Shown: one piece after another, positions 1 to 9,715 of the stretch
Numbering within the stretch: position 1 is the stretch's first letter
Layout: every line of letters starts with the position of its first letter
DNA from: an uncultured Methanosarcinales archaeon
GTDB taxonomy: Archaea; Nanobdellota; Nanobdellia; Woesearchaeales; JABMPP01
Direction: 5' to 3'
DNA: 34,244 nucleotides
Assembly: GCA_964604995.1 (NCBI GenBank)
Contig: CAZSAD010000017.1
Location: 1 to 34,244 of the forward strand
Notes under the pieces: model-generated
What the model saw: the letters and a program-made list of their open reading frames with translations, nothing else
Databases searched by the model: none
Told to the model about the DNA's origin: nothing
Program-made: the position numbers and the translations under genes

Positions 1-803
1 TTAATAGATACTTGAGAGGTATTTTGAGATAGATCTTTTTGATTTTTTTTGTTATCTTGTTCTTCTTTATTGTTAGAGTTGTTATAAAATTCACAAATAT
101 AAAATCCACCAAATTTTAAATCTTCAATTTCTTGAAATGAATTAGGAAATAAAGGTCCAGGATATGCAACCATACCAAAATCTTTAATTTTTTGTGACAT
201 TACCTGGTGAATATGCCCACCGGCATAGTATATAAAACTTTTTGGAAAAAAAGATATCGGTGAACATTCCATATTTTCCATGTTTTTTGGCTTCATCTCA
301 TTAATGCCAGTATGAAATAAAAATATTTTTACACCTTCTTCTTTTTCTAGTGATTCCCTATCTAAAGTATTATAGTAATTTTTTTCCAGCATATTTTTTC
401 GACCAAGCATGCCAGTTAGTTTAACTTTTGTTTTAGGATCTTGTGTAAATTTAAGAACTAGTTTATCAGAAATTATTTCTCCTTTGGTAACATTGATTAG
501 TAAATCAGCACTTTCCAAAACATCAAGCATTGTTTTTCCACTTGGGGAATAATCATGACTTCCTGCAATGATATACGTTTTAATATTTTTATCTTTTAAC
601 TCTTTAAGTTTTTTTACAACTATTTTTAATTTATCAATTGGTGGAAGTGAAGTATTAAACAAATCCCCACATATTAATATGAAATCAACTTCTTTTTGTA
701 TAGAAATATCAATAGCTTTGCAAAAAGCTTCAGCGCTAATCCAATTAAGTTTAGGATCCCTAAAACTTCCAATGTGACAATCTGCCATATGTGCAAATTT
801 CAT
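1..803 (-). CDS. mre11: Mre11 DNA double-strand break repair nuclease (3' part runs off the window)
   Basis: Not in the ORF track. Manual translation from ATG at 803 gives MKFAHMADCHIGSFRDP...ICGDLFNTSLP...YIIAGSHDYSPSG...IFLFHTGI...YYAGGHIHQ...AYPGPLFP, i.e. the calcineurin-like phosphoesterase motifs. Starts 7 nt after the herA stop. Confidence 0.92.
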   Translation of the reverse strand, partial: MKFAHMADCHIGSFRDPKLNWISAEAFCKAIDISIQKEVDFILICGDLFNTSLPPIDKLKIVVKKLKELKDKNIKTYIIAGSHDYSPSGKTMLDVLESADLLINVTKGEIISDKLVLKFTQDPKTKVKLTGMLGRKNMLEKNYYNTLDRESLEKEEGVKIFLFHTGINEMKPKNMENMECSPISFFPKSFIYYAGGHIHQVMSQKIKDFGMVAYPGPLFPNSFQEIEDLKFGGFYICEFYNNSNNKEEQDNKKNQKDLSQNTSQVSI

Positions 804-810
804 TTTGTCC

Positions 811-2388
811 TCAAGAAAAATTAACTCCTGTAAATTGTTTACTAATTTTATTTTTTTCTTTTCCAGCTTCTAAAATTTGTAATTTAGCTTGTTGTTCAAA
901 TAAAGGTATAGAAATAGGAGTTGCAAATTTTGAAAATGTACTTGTAACAATAGCTTCACCTTTATCCAAAGATGCAATATTGCGATTGTCTTGTGATAAA
1001 TCTTGATTTGCACTCTCTATTATTGCTTGCCTTTCTTGTGCCATTTCAATACCAAGAATAATTTTAGTATTCATATTAGCTAAAATTTCTTTAGGAATAA
1101 GAGATGGAAGTTGTGTAATTGCAACAAGTCCAACTTTGAATTTCCTGCCTTCTCTTGCCAAAGTTGAAAAAATATTTTGTCCACGTTCTAGTGCTTCTTT
1201 TCCAAGTACTCTTGGTGCTTCTTCAAGAATTATTGAAATTGTGGGTTTATCTTTTATCGTACCAAGCATGTTATAATGTTTGTATTTGTTAAAAATTTCC
1301 CCTGCTATCATTGAACCAATTAAAAGTTCAATTGCACCTTGAAAATTAGATGTATCGATAATTACAACTGCTCCTTTTTCTAGCTCTGTTGTAATGTCAA
1401 AAATTGTTGTCTCACCTGCTTGATAATCAAATATCCCTTCGCAGATAAGTTTATTTTCTTTGAATCTTAAATCAAGTGTTGTCATGAGTTTTCTTCTAAC
1501 AACTGCTATTGTACCTTCATGAAATCCCGGGATATCAACAGGTTTTTCTAGTATTAAACTTTCAATCCAATTATTACCGTATTGCTTGTAATAAGCATAT
1601 AAAGCTTGGATTTGGGGATCAGATAGCTCAATTACACCTGAAAAATGCATTGGTTTTACTGATTTTAAATTGACTTTAAGTGTTCTTGTGCCAGGTGGTG
1701 GATTCTTTGAAGTGTAATAAATGACTTTATTTTTATTAGGATGATCTTTCATACCTAATTTGTTTCTTCCAAAGTATTCATCATGTGGATCTAAAACAAG
1801 CATTCCACAGTAATCTTGTGAAAGTACATTCCAAATAATATTTGATACTAAAACACTTTTTCCCCTTCCGGTTGTTCCTGCAATTAAAACATGATGAGAA
1901 AAAACATCATCTCCTTTTAGATTTATATCAACATCGAGTTTTTTAGAACCGCTTCTAAGTTTACCTAAATAAATAGCATTTTGTGGTTTAGTTATAAAAG
2001 ACAAATCCTCTTTTGTAACTTCTCTAACTTCTGAAAAGAATTTTGGAAGACCTTTACAAAGCGATGCATTTTTGCCATCTATACTAAGAAGAGGTTTTAA
2101 ATAAGCCAATGAATAGTTTCTAAGATGTGGTTCCATGAAATTTGAATCTTCATTTTCTTCAAGTTTTAAGCCAGATATTAATTCTAAATTTTGCTGAGAT
2201 AATTGACTTGCATAGAGTAAATCATAGCATTGAAGAAGAATTTTATTTCCATTACCATTTTCGCCATTATTTTCACTTATTAAAAGCTCCCCTAATTGAG
2301 TTTCACTATCTGACTTTTGTCTAATTACAATTTTACCAATTTCTCCTGAAATTACTTGCCCTTTTGTTTGTCCTTTTGTTTGTTCCAT
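811..2388 (-). CDS. herA: HerA bipolar DNA helicase/translocase (HAS barrel + FtsK/HerA ATPase)
   Basis: [13 protein letters not shown]alker [16 protein letters not shown] Walker B, REGRKF arginine finger, ITQLPS; directly upstream of mre11. Start chosen at ATG 2388 (2394 also possible) rather than the track's 2433. Confidence 0.9.
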   Translation of the reverse strand: MEQTKGQTKGQVISGEIGKIVIRQKSDSETQLGELLISENNGENGNGNKILLQCYDLLYASQLSQQNLELISGLKLEENEDSNFMEPHLRNYSLAYLKPLLSIDGKNASLCKGLPKFFSEVREVTKEDLSFITKPQNAIYLGKLRSGSKKLDVDINLKGDDVFSHHVLIAGTTGRGKSVLVSNIIWNVLSQDYCGMLVLDPHDEYFGRNKLGMKDHPNKNKVIYYTSKNPPPGTRTLKVNLKSVKPMHFSGVIELSDPQIQALYAYYKQYGNNWIESLILEKPVDIPGFHEGTIAVVRRKLMTTLDLRFKENKLICEGIFDYQAGETTIFDITTELEKGAVVIIDTSNFQGAIELLIGSMIAGEIFNKYKHYNMLGTIKDKPTISIILEEAPRVLGKEALERGQNIFSTLAREGRKFKVGLVAITQLPSLIPKEILANMNTKIILGIEMAQERQAIIESANQDLSQDNRNIASLDKGEAIVTSTFSKFATPISIPLFEQQAKLQILEAGKEKNKISKQFTGVNFS

Positions 2389-2510
2389 TGCCATTAAACA
2401 AAACATTATTTTATTGTTTTTAAGTTTTAGCAAAAATTAAGCAAAAAATTAATATATTGTCTAAATAAATAACATTAAAATAGAATATAAATTTAAATAG
2501 AGATGAAAAT

Positions 2511-2750
2511 ATGAGCTTTGGAACAGAAAAACAAGACGCTTTAAAACGTGCAAAAAAACTGGAATTAGAAGATAAAAATATTGAATCATTAAAACAATTA
2601 AAAGAAGATGATAAAAATTTTAAAGATGAGGAAAATATATTAAGAAGATTAATTCTCAAAAAAAGATTAAAGAAAAAAACAAATTCTTCAAAAAAAAAAT
2701 TAAAAAACATAAAAAAAATTAATAATAAATATTTAATTGTCGAAAAATAA
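2511..2750 (+). CDS. Small charged, Lys-rich hypothetical protein (uncertain)
   Basis: ATG-started 79-aa ORF filling the intergenic gap. Purine-rich codons, but the 3' half is A-rich low complexity and overlaps the convergent gene by 18 nt. Confidence 0.35.
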   Translation: MSFGTEKQDALKRAKKLELEDKNIESLKQLKEDDKNFKDEENILRRLILKKRLKKKTNSSKKKLKNIKKINNKYLIVEK

Positions 2751-3536
2751 ATTCAATGTTTTTTCCTTGGGTTTAATAGGTTCAATTATTTTTTCAACTT
2801 TAGTTTTCTGCTCTTGTTTTGCCATAATTAATTTTTCAAATTTTTTCTTTGCTCTTTTAGTCATTAAATTAGTGTCTATTGCTTCAAATAATTTTTCAGG
2901 TTTTGAAAATGCTGAACCTGAAAGTATTGTTGCAATTTCTGTTTCCATACTTTTTTTCTGAAGTATTTTTACAATCTCTTCTTGTAAAAGTAATTGTTTT
3001 AAGAAATCTTCTTTTTCTTGGTGAGTTAATAATTTGTTATCTCCAGAATAACCAAATAATTCTGCCATCTTATCTGATTTTGAGAGCATTAAAAATTTTA
3101 CAAGCTGTAAAGTTCTAACCATTTCATTTCTGAAACTTTGCTTGTTTAAATCTTTGAAAACATCGAGTAAAATATCTTCAAATTTAACGATTTTGACATC
3201 ATCTAATTTTTCAAAATCTTTGATTTTACTAGTATTTCCAATAACAAGTATTTTTTCATAATCTTTATCCACACCTAAATGTTCTTTAATTGTTTCATGC
3301 ACTCTTTTCATAACATTTTTATCATAGAATTTGTCACTATAAACTTTAATTGGGATATTATCAAGTGTACTAATTGAACATGCAGTTTCGATTTGAATTA
3401 CTTTTTCAAACTCTCCTTCTTTAACTTTTATTGCTAAAATATCAATTATTTTATTGTTTTCCAAAGGTATGCTATTTATTGTAAAAAAACCATTTTTATT
3501 TAGCCAAAGGTTAAGAATTTCTCTTTCTGGATTCAT
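2733..3536 (-). CDS. Hypothetical protein with possible N-terminal PD-(D/E)XK-like nuclease fold
   Basis: E..LNLWLNKNGFFT...IIDILAIK...IQIET pattern resembles Mrr/Hjc-like endonuclease folds; GGGGGA SD-like sequence upstream; helical C-terminal half. Confidence 0.6.
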   Translation of the reverse strand: MNPEREILNLWLNKNGFFTINSIPLENNKIIDILAIKVKEGEFEKVIQIETACSISTLDNIPIKVYSDKFYDKNVMKRVHETIKEHLGVDKDYEKILVIGNTSKIKDFEKLDDVKIVKFEDILLDVFKDLNKQSFRNEMVRTLQLVKFLMLSKSDKMAELFGYSGDNKLLTHQEKEDFLKQLLLQEEIVKILQKKSMETEIATILSGSAFSKPEKLFEAIDTNLMTKRAKKKFEKLIMAKQEQKTKVEKIIEPIKPKEKTLNLFFDN

Positions 3537-3753
3537 GCTTATCCCCCCAAAATGTTTTGTAATTATATTAATAAAATAATAAATATATTAATAAAATAAC
3601 CAATAAATTAGTTTATTTTATTTTGATTCTTAGTTAATAATAGTCACATATTTGCATGTATAAAAAGCTTCACACAAAATGAGAGGTTATGATAGTATAA
3701 AGTTACATAGAAAAATATAGAGTGATATGTTATAAATTATGTTATAAAGTAGG

Positions 3754-4443
3754 TTACACTTTCTCAAGTTTTAATATTCTTTCAATTTCTCCAGATGAAA
3801 CTGAGCAACCTTTTAATTTAACTCCCCATAAAACACTATCAAGAAGAATTCTTTTGCCATTAGGTTTATCTGGGATAAAATCATTTAAAAGACCTAATTC
3901 AAATGCCATTGTTACAAGTTCAACTGATCTTATTACTTTAACTTTTTTTGTATGCATAATAAAATTTTCAACGCTGTTATTGTTCATTTTTATGTTAGTG
4001 TGTAATTTATTTCGCATAATCTCTGCTATGATTTTTGGATTTTCAAGCATCATCCTTGTAATTCTTTCGTCAACAACCATAGTATCTGAATTAAAATAAA
4101 TTGCTGTTGCAAGTGCTTGCATTTCTCCTTGCTGTACAATTTTTATTGGATTTCCCTGTGCAATAAAACTATTATTACATAAATCCATTAAATGATCAGC
4201 TAAGCTATTTATTTCATTGTTATAAACAATTTTAAGTGTCCCTTTTCTAATTAATCCTTCTACTTGTAATGCTTCAAATTCAAATATTTTAGTTTCCTCT
4301 GGTCTATCTATAATTTCATTTTTAACTGCTATTGGGATTATAAATTCACCACCATATTTTATTTTAAGTGGATCTAAAATTTTAAGTAAATTATTCATTG
4401 CAAGACTAATTATTGGTCCTGAATCAAACACAATTGATTTCAT
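3754..4443 (-). CDS. PIN-domain (VapC-like) nucleic-acid-binding protein/ribonuclease
   Basis: N-terminal IVFDSGPIISL, then IIPIAVKNEII, QGEMQALATA and MVVDER, giving the acidic PIN residues. ATGA overlap with the upstream gene. Confidence 0.75.
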   Translation of the reverse strand: MKSIVFDSGPIISLAMNNLLKILDPLKIKYGGEFIIPIAVKNEIIDRPEETKIFEFEALQVEGLIRKGTLKIVYNNEINSLADHLMDLCNNSFIAQGNPIKIVQQGEMQALATAIYFNSDTMVVDERITRMMLENPKIIAEIMRNKLHTNIKMNNNSVENFIMHTKKVKVIRSVELVTMAFELGLLNDFIPDKPNGKRILLDSVLWGVKLKGCSVSSGEIERILKLEKV

Positions 4444-5036
4444 TTTGTACCTTCAAGACTTACATTTTCTTTAGTATTATTTACCTTATTGAAAAACAAA
4501 CTTCGAGTAAAATCCAACCTTTTTTTAACATCCGTTATATGTGGAGTAAAATCTATTATTGTTGTTTTTCCTAAGTAATCTAAAAGTTGCCATTGTGATA
4601 TTCCCAAAAGATCTGCTGATTTTGCAATTGATATACCATGTTCTATAATTTTAGTTCCTTTTTTTACTCTTGCTTGCTGCATCACTTCTTGAATATATAA
4701 TCCAACTCCTTGGTCCAATTTAGAAATATTCAACATTGTATTTCGAATTGCTTTATGAAAATTTTGCATATGATTTACTGCCAAGAACCTATGCATTTCC
4801 TCTATTCTGCTTTTAAGTTTATCATCAACTTGATTTGTTCTTTCGATAATTTTAGACATTGAATAGATTATAACAGCTAGAGAAATAGAATCTTCGTCCT
4901 GATAAATTGAAGAATCATGTATTAGGGTATTACTAAGATTTTTAATAGCAGAGTAGTCAATATCTCCTCTTTGGTTAATTATTTCCCAAACCTTGTTTAA
5001 TGTTGCAAGTATATCATTTCTTACAATTTCATTCAT
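4440..5036 (-). CDS. HTH protein (UPF0175-like C-terminal HTH), putative partner/antitoxin of the PIN protein
   Basis: GISIAKSADLLGISQWQLLDYL helix-turn-helix; stop overlaps the PIN start (ATGA at 4443-4440). Confidence 0.65.
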   Translation of the reverse strand: MNEIVRNDILATLNKVWEIINQRGDIDYSAIKNLSNTLIHDSSIYQDEDSISLAVIIYSMSKIIERTNQVDDKLKSRIEEMHRFLAVNHMQNFHKAIRNTMLNISKLDQGVGLYIQEVMQQARVKKGTKIIEHGISIAKSADLLGISQWQLLDYLGKTTIIDFTPHITDVKKRLDFTRSLFFNKVNNTKENVSLEGTK

Positions 5037-5252
5037 ATTTTTTTTATGATTTAATGCAAATATAAACTTTTTGAATTATCGTTAAGAAAACAACACTACT
5101 TAAGAATAAGTAATATAAAAAATATTTAAAATTATGTTAAAAATTAGATTAGAAATTAAATAAAATTGTATTTAATTAGATTAAAAATATATCTAAAAAA
5201 TAATCAAAAGAAAAATGAAATAAAAAATAAAAGATAATTTAAACTATCCCTC

Positions 5253-6017
5253 TTATATCCCAACAAGTTTATTGGAAAAATTCTCTTTGATGAATTGAAC
5301 CATCATGTCATTTCCAGCAAGAGTATAAGCTCTTAATGCAGTTACAAATAAACTTTCTCTTAAGCAAGTATCTCCTAGCATTGAAAGTTTTTCTTTATTT
5401 GCTGCAAGCTCATATGCTTTTGCTGCATAGACAATTTGCCTATCATCCAAGCATCTATCTCCAACTTCAACTAGTTTAGCAGAATCATTGATTGCTGTAA
5501 AGACTTCAATTGCATAATCCCATTTACCTTTACTTAAGCAGTCTGATCCGACACTTCTAAGTTTTGGTACATCGTTAAGTATGCGAAAAGATTTAATAGC
5601 ATCAAGGATATGTCCATCCTCCAGGCATTTATCGCCAAGTCTTTGCAAGTTTTTAATGTCATCTCCTAATCTATAAACATCAATTGCATTTGTAACTTGC
5701 CCTAATCTCTCATAGTCCTCACCAATTCCTGAGAGTCTTGACTTATTACCAGAAAGAATAAACACTTTAATGGCATGGTTTAATTCTCCTTTTCTCATAT
5801 ATTCTTCGCCAAGTGCATCTAGTAGCTTTTTTCTTGTTACGTCATTAAACATTGACAAATTAACATTGTCCACTCCTTTTTCAAGAAGTACTGGAACTAG
5901 TTTTTTGAATGTATTAAAATCTTCACTTGGTTTTTTTTCTTTGCCAACTGCTAACTGTTCTGATGAACCAGCTATATCAGTGACAATTTTTTTGACGAAT
6001 TGATCGTCTCGTTCCAT
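5253..6017 (-). CDS. Alpha-solenoid repeat protein (six ~29-aa repeats)
   Basis: Repeats of consensus L..(L/V/I)G..(C/Y)L..G....A...(Y/F)....(D/N)..K; AAGGTGA SD upstream; downstream of ftsZ on the same strand. Confidence 0.75.
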   Translation of the reverse strand: MERDDQFVKKIVTDIAGSSEQLAVGKEKKPSEDFNTFKKLVPVLLEKGVDNVNLSMFNDVTRKKLLDALGEEYMRKGELNHAIKVFILSGNKSRLSGIGEDYERLGQVTNAIDVYRLGDDIKNLQRLGDKCLEDGHILDAIKSFRILNDVPKLRSVGSDCLSKGKWDYAIEVFTAINDSAKLVEVGDRCLDDRQIVYAAKAYELAANKEKLSMLGDTCLRESLFVTALRAYTLAGNDMMVQFIKENFSNKLVGI

Positions 6018-6108
6018 GGTCTCACCTTCTTACGGTTTTAGCCGTATATTTTTTGATTTTATTTTTAAAAATATAAAAATAATTTAAAAATAAAAATTTA
6101 TAAAAAAT

Positions 6109-7203
6109 TTATAAAATCTCAATTTGCAATTCGTCATCGTAAGATGAAACAGAAGCTGCTTGCGCAGCTGATTTTGCTTTTTTTCTGCCATCTTCTTTAC
6201 CAATAATCCATGGAGATTTGACGCCTGTTATAATTGACATAACAGTAAGTTTTCCTTCCATTTCATCGGTAACTCTTGCTCCCCAGATAACGTTAGCATC
6301 TTGGTCGAGTTTTTCTGTTACCAGTTCGCCAATTCTGCTTACTTCGTCAAGTGTCATATCTGGTCCACCTTCAATATGTATCAAAGCGCCTACTGCGCCT
6401 TCATAACTTACTTCAAGTAGTGGATTTGAGAGTGCTCCTTTGACAGCTTCTTCAACTCTGTTTTTGGTATCTGATGAACCAATTCCAATTGTTGAAACTC
6501 CGCCATTTGTCATAATTGCTTTGACATCTGCATAATCTAAGTTAACAAGGCTTGGAACTGAAATGGTTTCAACAATTCCTCTAATCATTGTTGCAACTAA
6601 TTCATTTGCAATTGCAAATGCTTGTTTAACTGGTAAATTTCCTGCAATTTTAACAAGTCTATTGTTATCAATTACAACAACTGTATCTGAATAATGTCTT
6701 AATTGTTGCAAACCAAATTCGGCTTTATCAATTCTAGCTCTTTCAATTTTGAATGGCATTGTTACTGTGCCAATGACAATTGATCCTGATTCTTTAGCTA
6801 CTTTTGCGACAACTGGTGCTGAACCTGTTCCTGTTCCGCCGCCCATTCCTGCGCAAACGAAAACTATGTCTGACCCTTTTAGAACTTCTCTAATTTCATT
6901 TAATGTTTCATTTGCTGATGCTGCTCCTTTTTCTGGAAATCCTCCACAGCCAAGTCCTCTTGTAACATTTCTGCCAATTAAGAATTTCTTGTCAGCATCT
7001 GAAATATCAATATGCTGTTTATCAGTGTTAATAGCTATAATTTCTGCTCCTCTGACTCCTTTTTTATAAAGCCAGCTTACCATATTATTGCCTGCTCCTC
7101 CGCAGCCAATAACTTTAATTGTTGCTTGTCCTACATTTAAATCGTCAGCTACTTTTGTTGGTTGCTGATAATTTTTTGTTGCCTCATTTACAAAAAAATC
7201 CAC
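6109..7203 (-). CDS. ftsZ: Cell division protein FtsZ
   Basis: IKVIGCGGAGNN, tubulin signature GMGGGTGTG, NLDYAD T7 loop, VIWGA. Start placed at GTG 7203 because the track start (7212) lies within the GAGGTG SD. Confidence 0.97.
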   Translation of the reverse strand: MDFFVNEATKNYQQPTKVADDLNVGQATIKVIGCGGAGNNMVSWLYKKGVRGAEIIAINTDKQHIDISDADKKFLIGRNVTRGLGCGGFPEKGAASANETLNEIREVLKGSDIVFVCAGMGGGTGTGSAPVVAKVAKESGSIVIGTVTMPFKIERARIDKAEFGLQQLRHYSDTVVVIDNNRLVKIAGNLPVKQAFAIANELVATMIRGIVETISVPSLVNLDYADVKAIMTNGGVSTIGIGSSDTKNRVEEAVKGALSNPLLEVSYEGAVGALIHIEGGPDMTLDEVSRIGELVTEKLDQDANVIWGARVTDEMEGKLTVMSIITGVKSPWIIGKEDGRKKAKSAAQAASVSSYDDELQIEIL

Positions 7204-7335
7204 GATAACCACCTCTTGGTTTTACCTCTTATTTCTTGAGAGCTTGCTTACTGCTCTAAGCTTGCGGCTCCAAAAATGAGGAGTCGGCCTGAAGCTAGCA
7301 CACCCTTTCCTGATGCGGGAACAAAGGACTAGTTA
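7204..7335 (-). promoter_or_regulatory. GC-enriched structured 5' leader of ftsZ (candidate cis-regulatory RNA)
   Basis: Locally GC-rich with several stems (AGCTT/AAGCT enclosing CTCC/GGAG; AGAGC/GCTCT; CCTTT..TTCC/GGAAAGG); TTTATATA TATA-like box at 7349-7342. Confidence 0.5.
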
Positions 7336-7456
7336 TACTAATATATAAATGTTACGTTTTTGTATACTGGTTTAAGAAAATACCTACTTACCATACCACT
7401 CAAAAGTAATTAATTATATACTAATTTTTAAAGAAAAACCAAAAAAAGGCATAAAA

Positions 7457-8275
7457 TTAAACCAAAAGTGTTTCAAGTCTTGCTGCAATTATTATAAGAA
7501 TAGCTGCAATCCCCATAACTATAAGTGCATCTGTTAACACATGATTAAATCTTCTTGAAAAAAGTTTCTCTCGAATTATCGCTTTAGAAAGTATTCCACC
7601 GACGATAGCTGCAAAAAAATAACTTAATGCTTCAGTAAACATATGTGGAAATGCAGGTATCAAAATATGATTAATACCATAAAATAAATTATTTGCCTGT
7701 ATTGATTGTCTACACATAAATCCAAAAACAACTCCCCAAACACTTGCATTCCAAGTTAAAAATAATATTGAACCAGCTCCATACACTAATGAAAGCAAAA
7801 AACTAACAAGTAAAACAACTAGATTATTTTTTAATATTTTCCAAAAAAATATTTGCTGTTTTAAACTGCTTGTTGCAGCTCCACTAATTCCTGCAACTTT
7901 AAGTTGTGGAGAAAAAAATTCTAAACTAACAACATCTGGAAATACAAATGCAAAAAATAAATAGGTAAAAAACATACCAAAGAAAAGAAAAATATAAATT
8001 TCCAATATATCATAATGATCTTTAAATAATTGTATAAGTGAGAATTTCTTCTCTCGGATTTCTTGGTTTTCTTCAATTAAAAGAAGTTGATTTAAAGAAG
8101 GAATAAGTAGAATTGATGCAAATGCAACAGACATTATTCCAACATTATTTGGAAAAATAAGTTTTGCACTAATTAATGCAATTAATGAATAGAAAAATCC
8201 GAGTAGAAATGCAAAGTTTGGTCTTTTCTCTAACCATTTCATTTTTATGAGTTGTTCAAAAACCAAAACTTCCAC
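7457..8275 (-). CDS. SpoIIM (stage II sporulation protein M)-family integral membrane protein
   Basis: Multiple TM helices; ILKNNLVV, YGAGSILFLTWNASVWG and PHMFTEALSY motifs. The true start may be the TTG a few codons downstream of the GAGGTG SD. Confidence 0.8.
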   Translation of the reverse strand: MEVLVFEQLIKMKWLEKRPNFAFLLGFFYSLIALISAKLIFPNNVGIMSVAFASILLIPSLNQLLLIEENQEIREKKFSLIQLFKDHYDILEIYIFLFFGMFFTYLFFAFVFPDVVSLEFFSPQLKVAGISGAATSSLKQQIFFWKILKNNLVVLLVSFLLSLVYGAGSILFLTWNASVWGVVFGFMCRQSIQANNLFYGINHILIPAFPHMFTEALSYFFAAIVGGILSKAIIREKLFSRRFNHVLTDALIVMGIAAILIIIAARLETLLV

Positions 8276-8363
8276 CTCTTATATAATCAATTTGTTAGAA
8301 TTAGAATAAATAGTTTTCTAAAATTATATCTTTAAATCTATTTTATTTAATTGATTATTTAAT

Positions 8364-9560
8364 TTATTTATTAGAAATAATTTCAATTACATCCCTATGA
8401 TGCAATTTATACTCTTTGCCAACAGTCATTCTTTTCTTAACATCAATTGCTCTAATAAAATATTTACCTAAATCAGTATGTATTTTAAACGCAAAATCAA
8501 GTGCAGTTGAATTTTCAGGAAGTAAAAAACAGTCAGGTATATAATTTCCATGTTGGTCTTGTAGTTTACCAACTCCTCCTGGAAAAATTGCAATGTATTT
8601 TAAAAATTCAAAAATTGCACTATCGAGCATATGCTGAACTCCAGTACTCCCATGCTTTTGTAAAAATTTTCGTATAAATTCAAGTCCATTTTTTTGTGCA
8701 TCATTTAATTTTGTTTCATCTTTTAATTTAAAATCACTTTCGCCTGGAACATAATCAATTAAACCATGTTTACTAGCTTCCCTTAAAGCAAGTTCCATCT
8801 CAGCACTGCATGGGACAAATTTATAATCAGGAAATTCTTTTTGCAACTTTTCAAAATTTTGCTGTGAAACTGAAATATCCATTTTGTTACATGCAATTAT
8901 CATTGGCTTTGTTCTTTTTCTAAGTTCAGTTGCAATATTAACCAAATTCTCTTCGCTCCAAGCACTTGGAGTATCTTTGTTTAATTTTAACTTTTCAATT
9001 ATTTTTTCGATCATATCTTCAGTTGCACCAAGACCTGAAAGTTGTTTTGCCAAAGCTTTGTGAATTACTTGATGCTCTTGTTGAATTTGCCTTGCAAACT
9101 TTTCCCATCCTTTTTTTAGTATTCCTAAATACCACATATCTATTTCAACTTCTAAAAATTTAATATCATCTGCTGGGTTGTGGCTTCCAATTTCTACAGG
9201 TTCACCATTTGCATTTAAACTTCCAGAAGTATCTATAATATGAATCAAAACATCTGCTTGTCTTAAATCATCTAAGAATTGATTTCCTCTTCCCTTACCT
9301 AAGTGTGCATCTGGAACAAGACCTGCAACATCAATTATTTGTACTGGAACAAATCTTTGGTGATTTATGCAAAATCCTTCTCTAGGGTTGCATTGAACAT
9401 TAAAATCTTTATCAACACATTCGACTTTTACATAACCCATACCAGTATTTGGTTTAATTGTTGTGAAAGGATAATTTGCTATAGCAACATCTGCTAAAGT
9501 TGCTGCTTTGAAAAAAGTACTTTTTCCTGCACTTGGCTTTCCAACTAGTCCTATTTGCAT
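8364..9560 (-). CDS. ychF: YchF/Ola1 Obg-family ATPase with C-terminal TGS domain
   Basis: GLVGKPSAGKST, NYPFTTIKPN, DVAGLV, GRGNQFLDDLR, NKMD, and TGS motif STALDFAFKIHTD. Confidence 0.93.
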   Translation of the reverse strand: MQIGLVGKPSAGKSTFFKAATLADVAIANYPFTTIKPNTGMGYVKVECVDKDFNVQCNPREGFCINHQRFVPVQIIDVAGLVPDAHLGKGRGNQFLDDLRQADVLIHIIDTSGSLNANGEPVEIGSHNPADDIKFLEVEIDMWYLGILKKGWEKFARQIQQEHQVIHKALAKQLSGLGATEDMIEKIIEKLKLNKDTPSAWSEENLVNIATELRKRTKPMIIACNKMDISVSQQNFEKLQKEFPDYKFVPCSAEMELALREASKHGLIDYVPGESDFKLKDETKLNDAQKNGLEFIRKFLQKHGSTGVQHMLDSAIFEFLKYIAIFPGGVGKLQDQHGNYIPDCFLLPENSTALDFAFKIHTDLGKYFIRAIDVKKRMTVGKEYKLHHRDVIEIISNK

Positions 9561-9715
9561 AAGAAAATGAAAAATAGAATAGAATAAAAAGCTTAGGAAA
9601 ACTATTAAAATTATTCATTAAAAAAAGTATTGAAAAGAGATTATTAAAATTAAACCATTAAAAAAGATTAAACATACAGAAAATTTAATATAATCAATTC
9701 TTATCAAAGCCTAAT

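Noticed and set aside
2360..2384. 12-nt duplication encoding QTKG-QTKG at the HerA N-terminus
   Set aside because: A small in-frame slippage duplication in a terminal segment with no evident function.
3564..3599. TATATTAATAAAATAA direct repeat with 20-nt period
   Set aside because: Pure A/T low complexity, compatible with slippage; no support for an operator role.
6031..6046. TACGGT/GCCGTA hairpin upstream of the solenoid gene SD
   Set aside because: A single short hairpin; insufficient to call a regulatory element.
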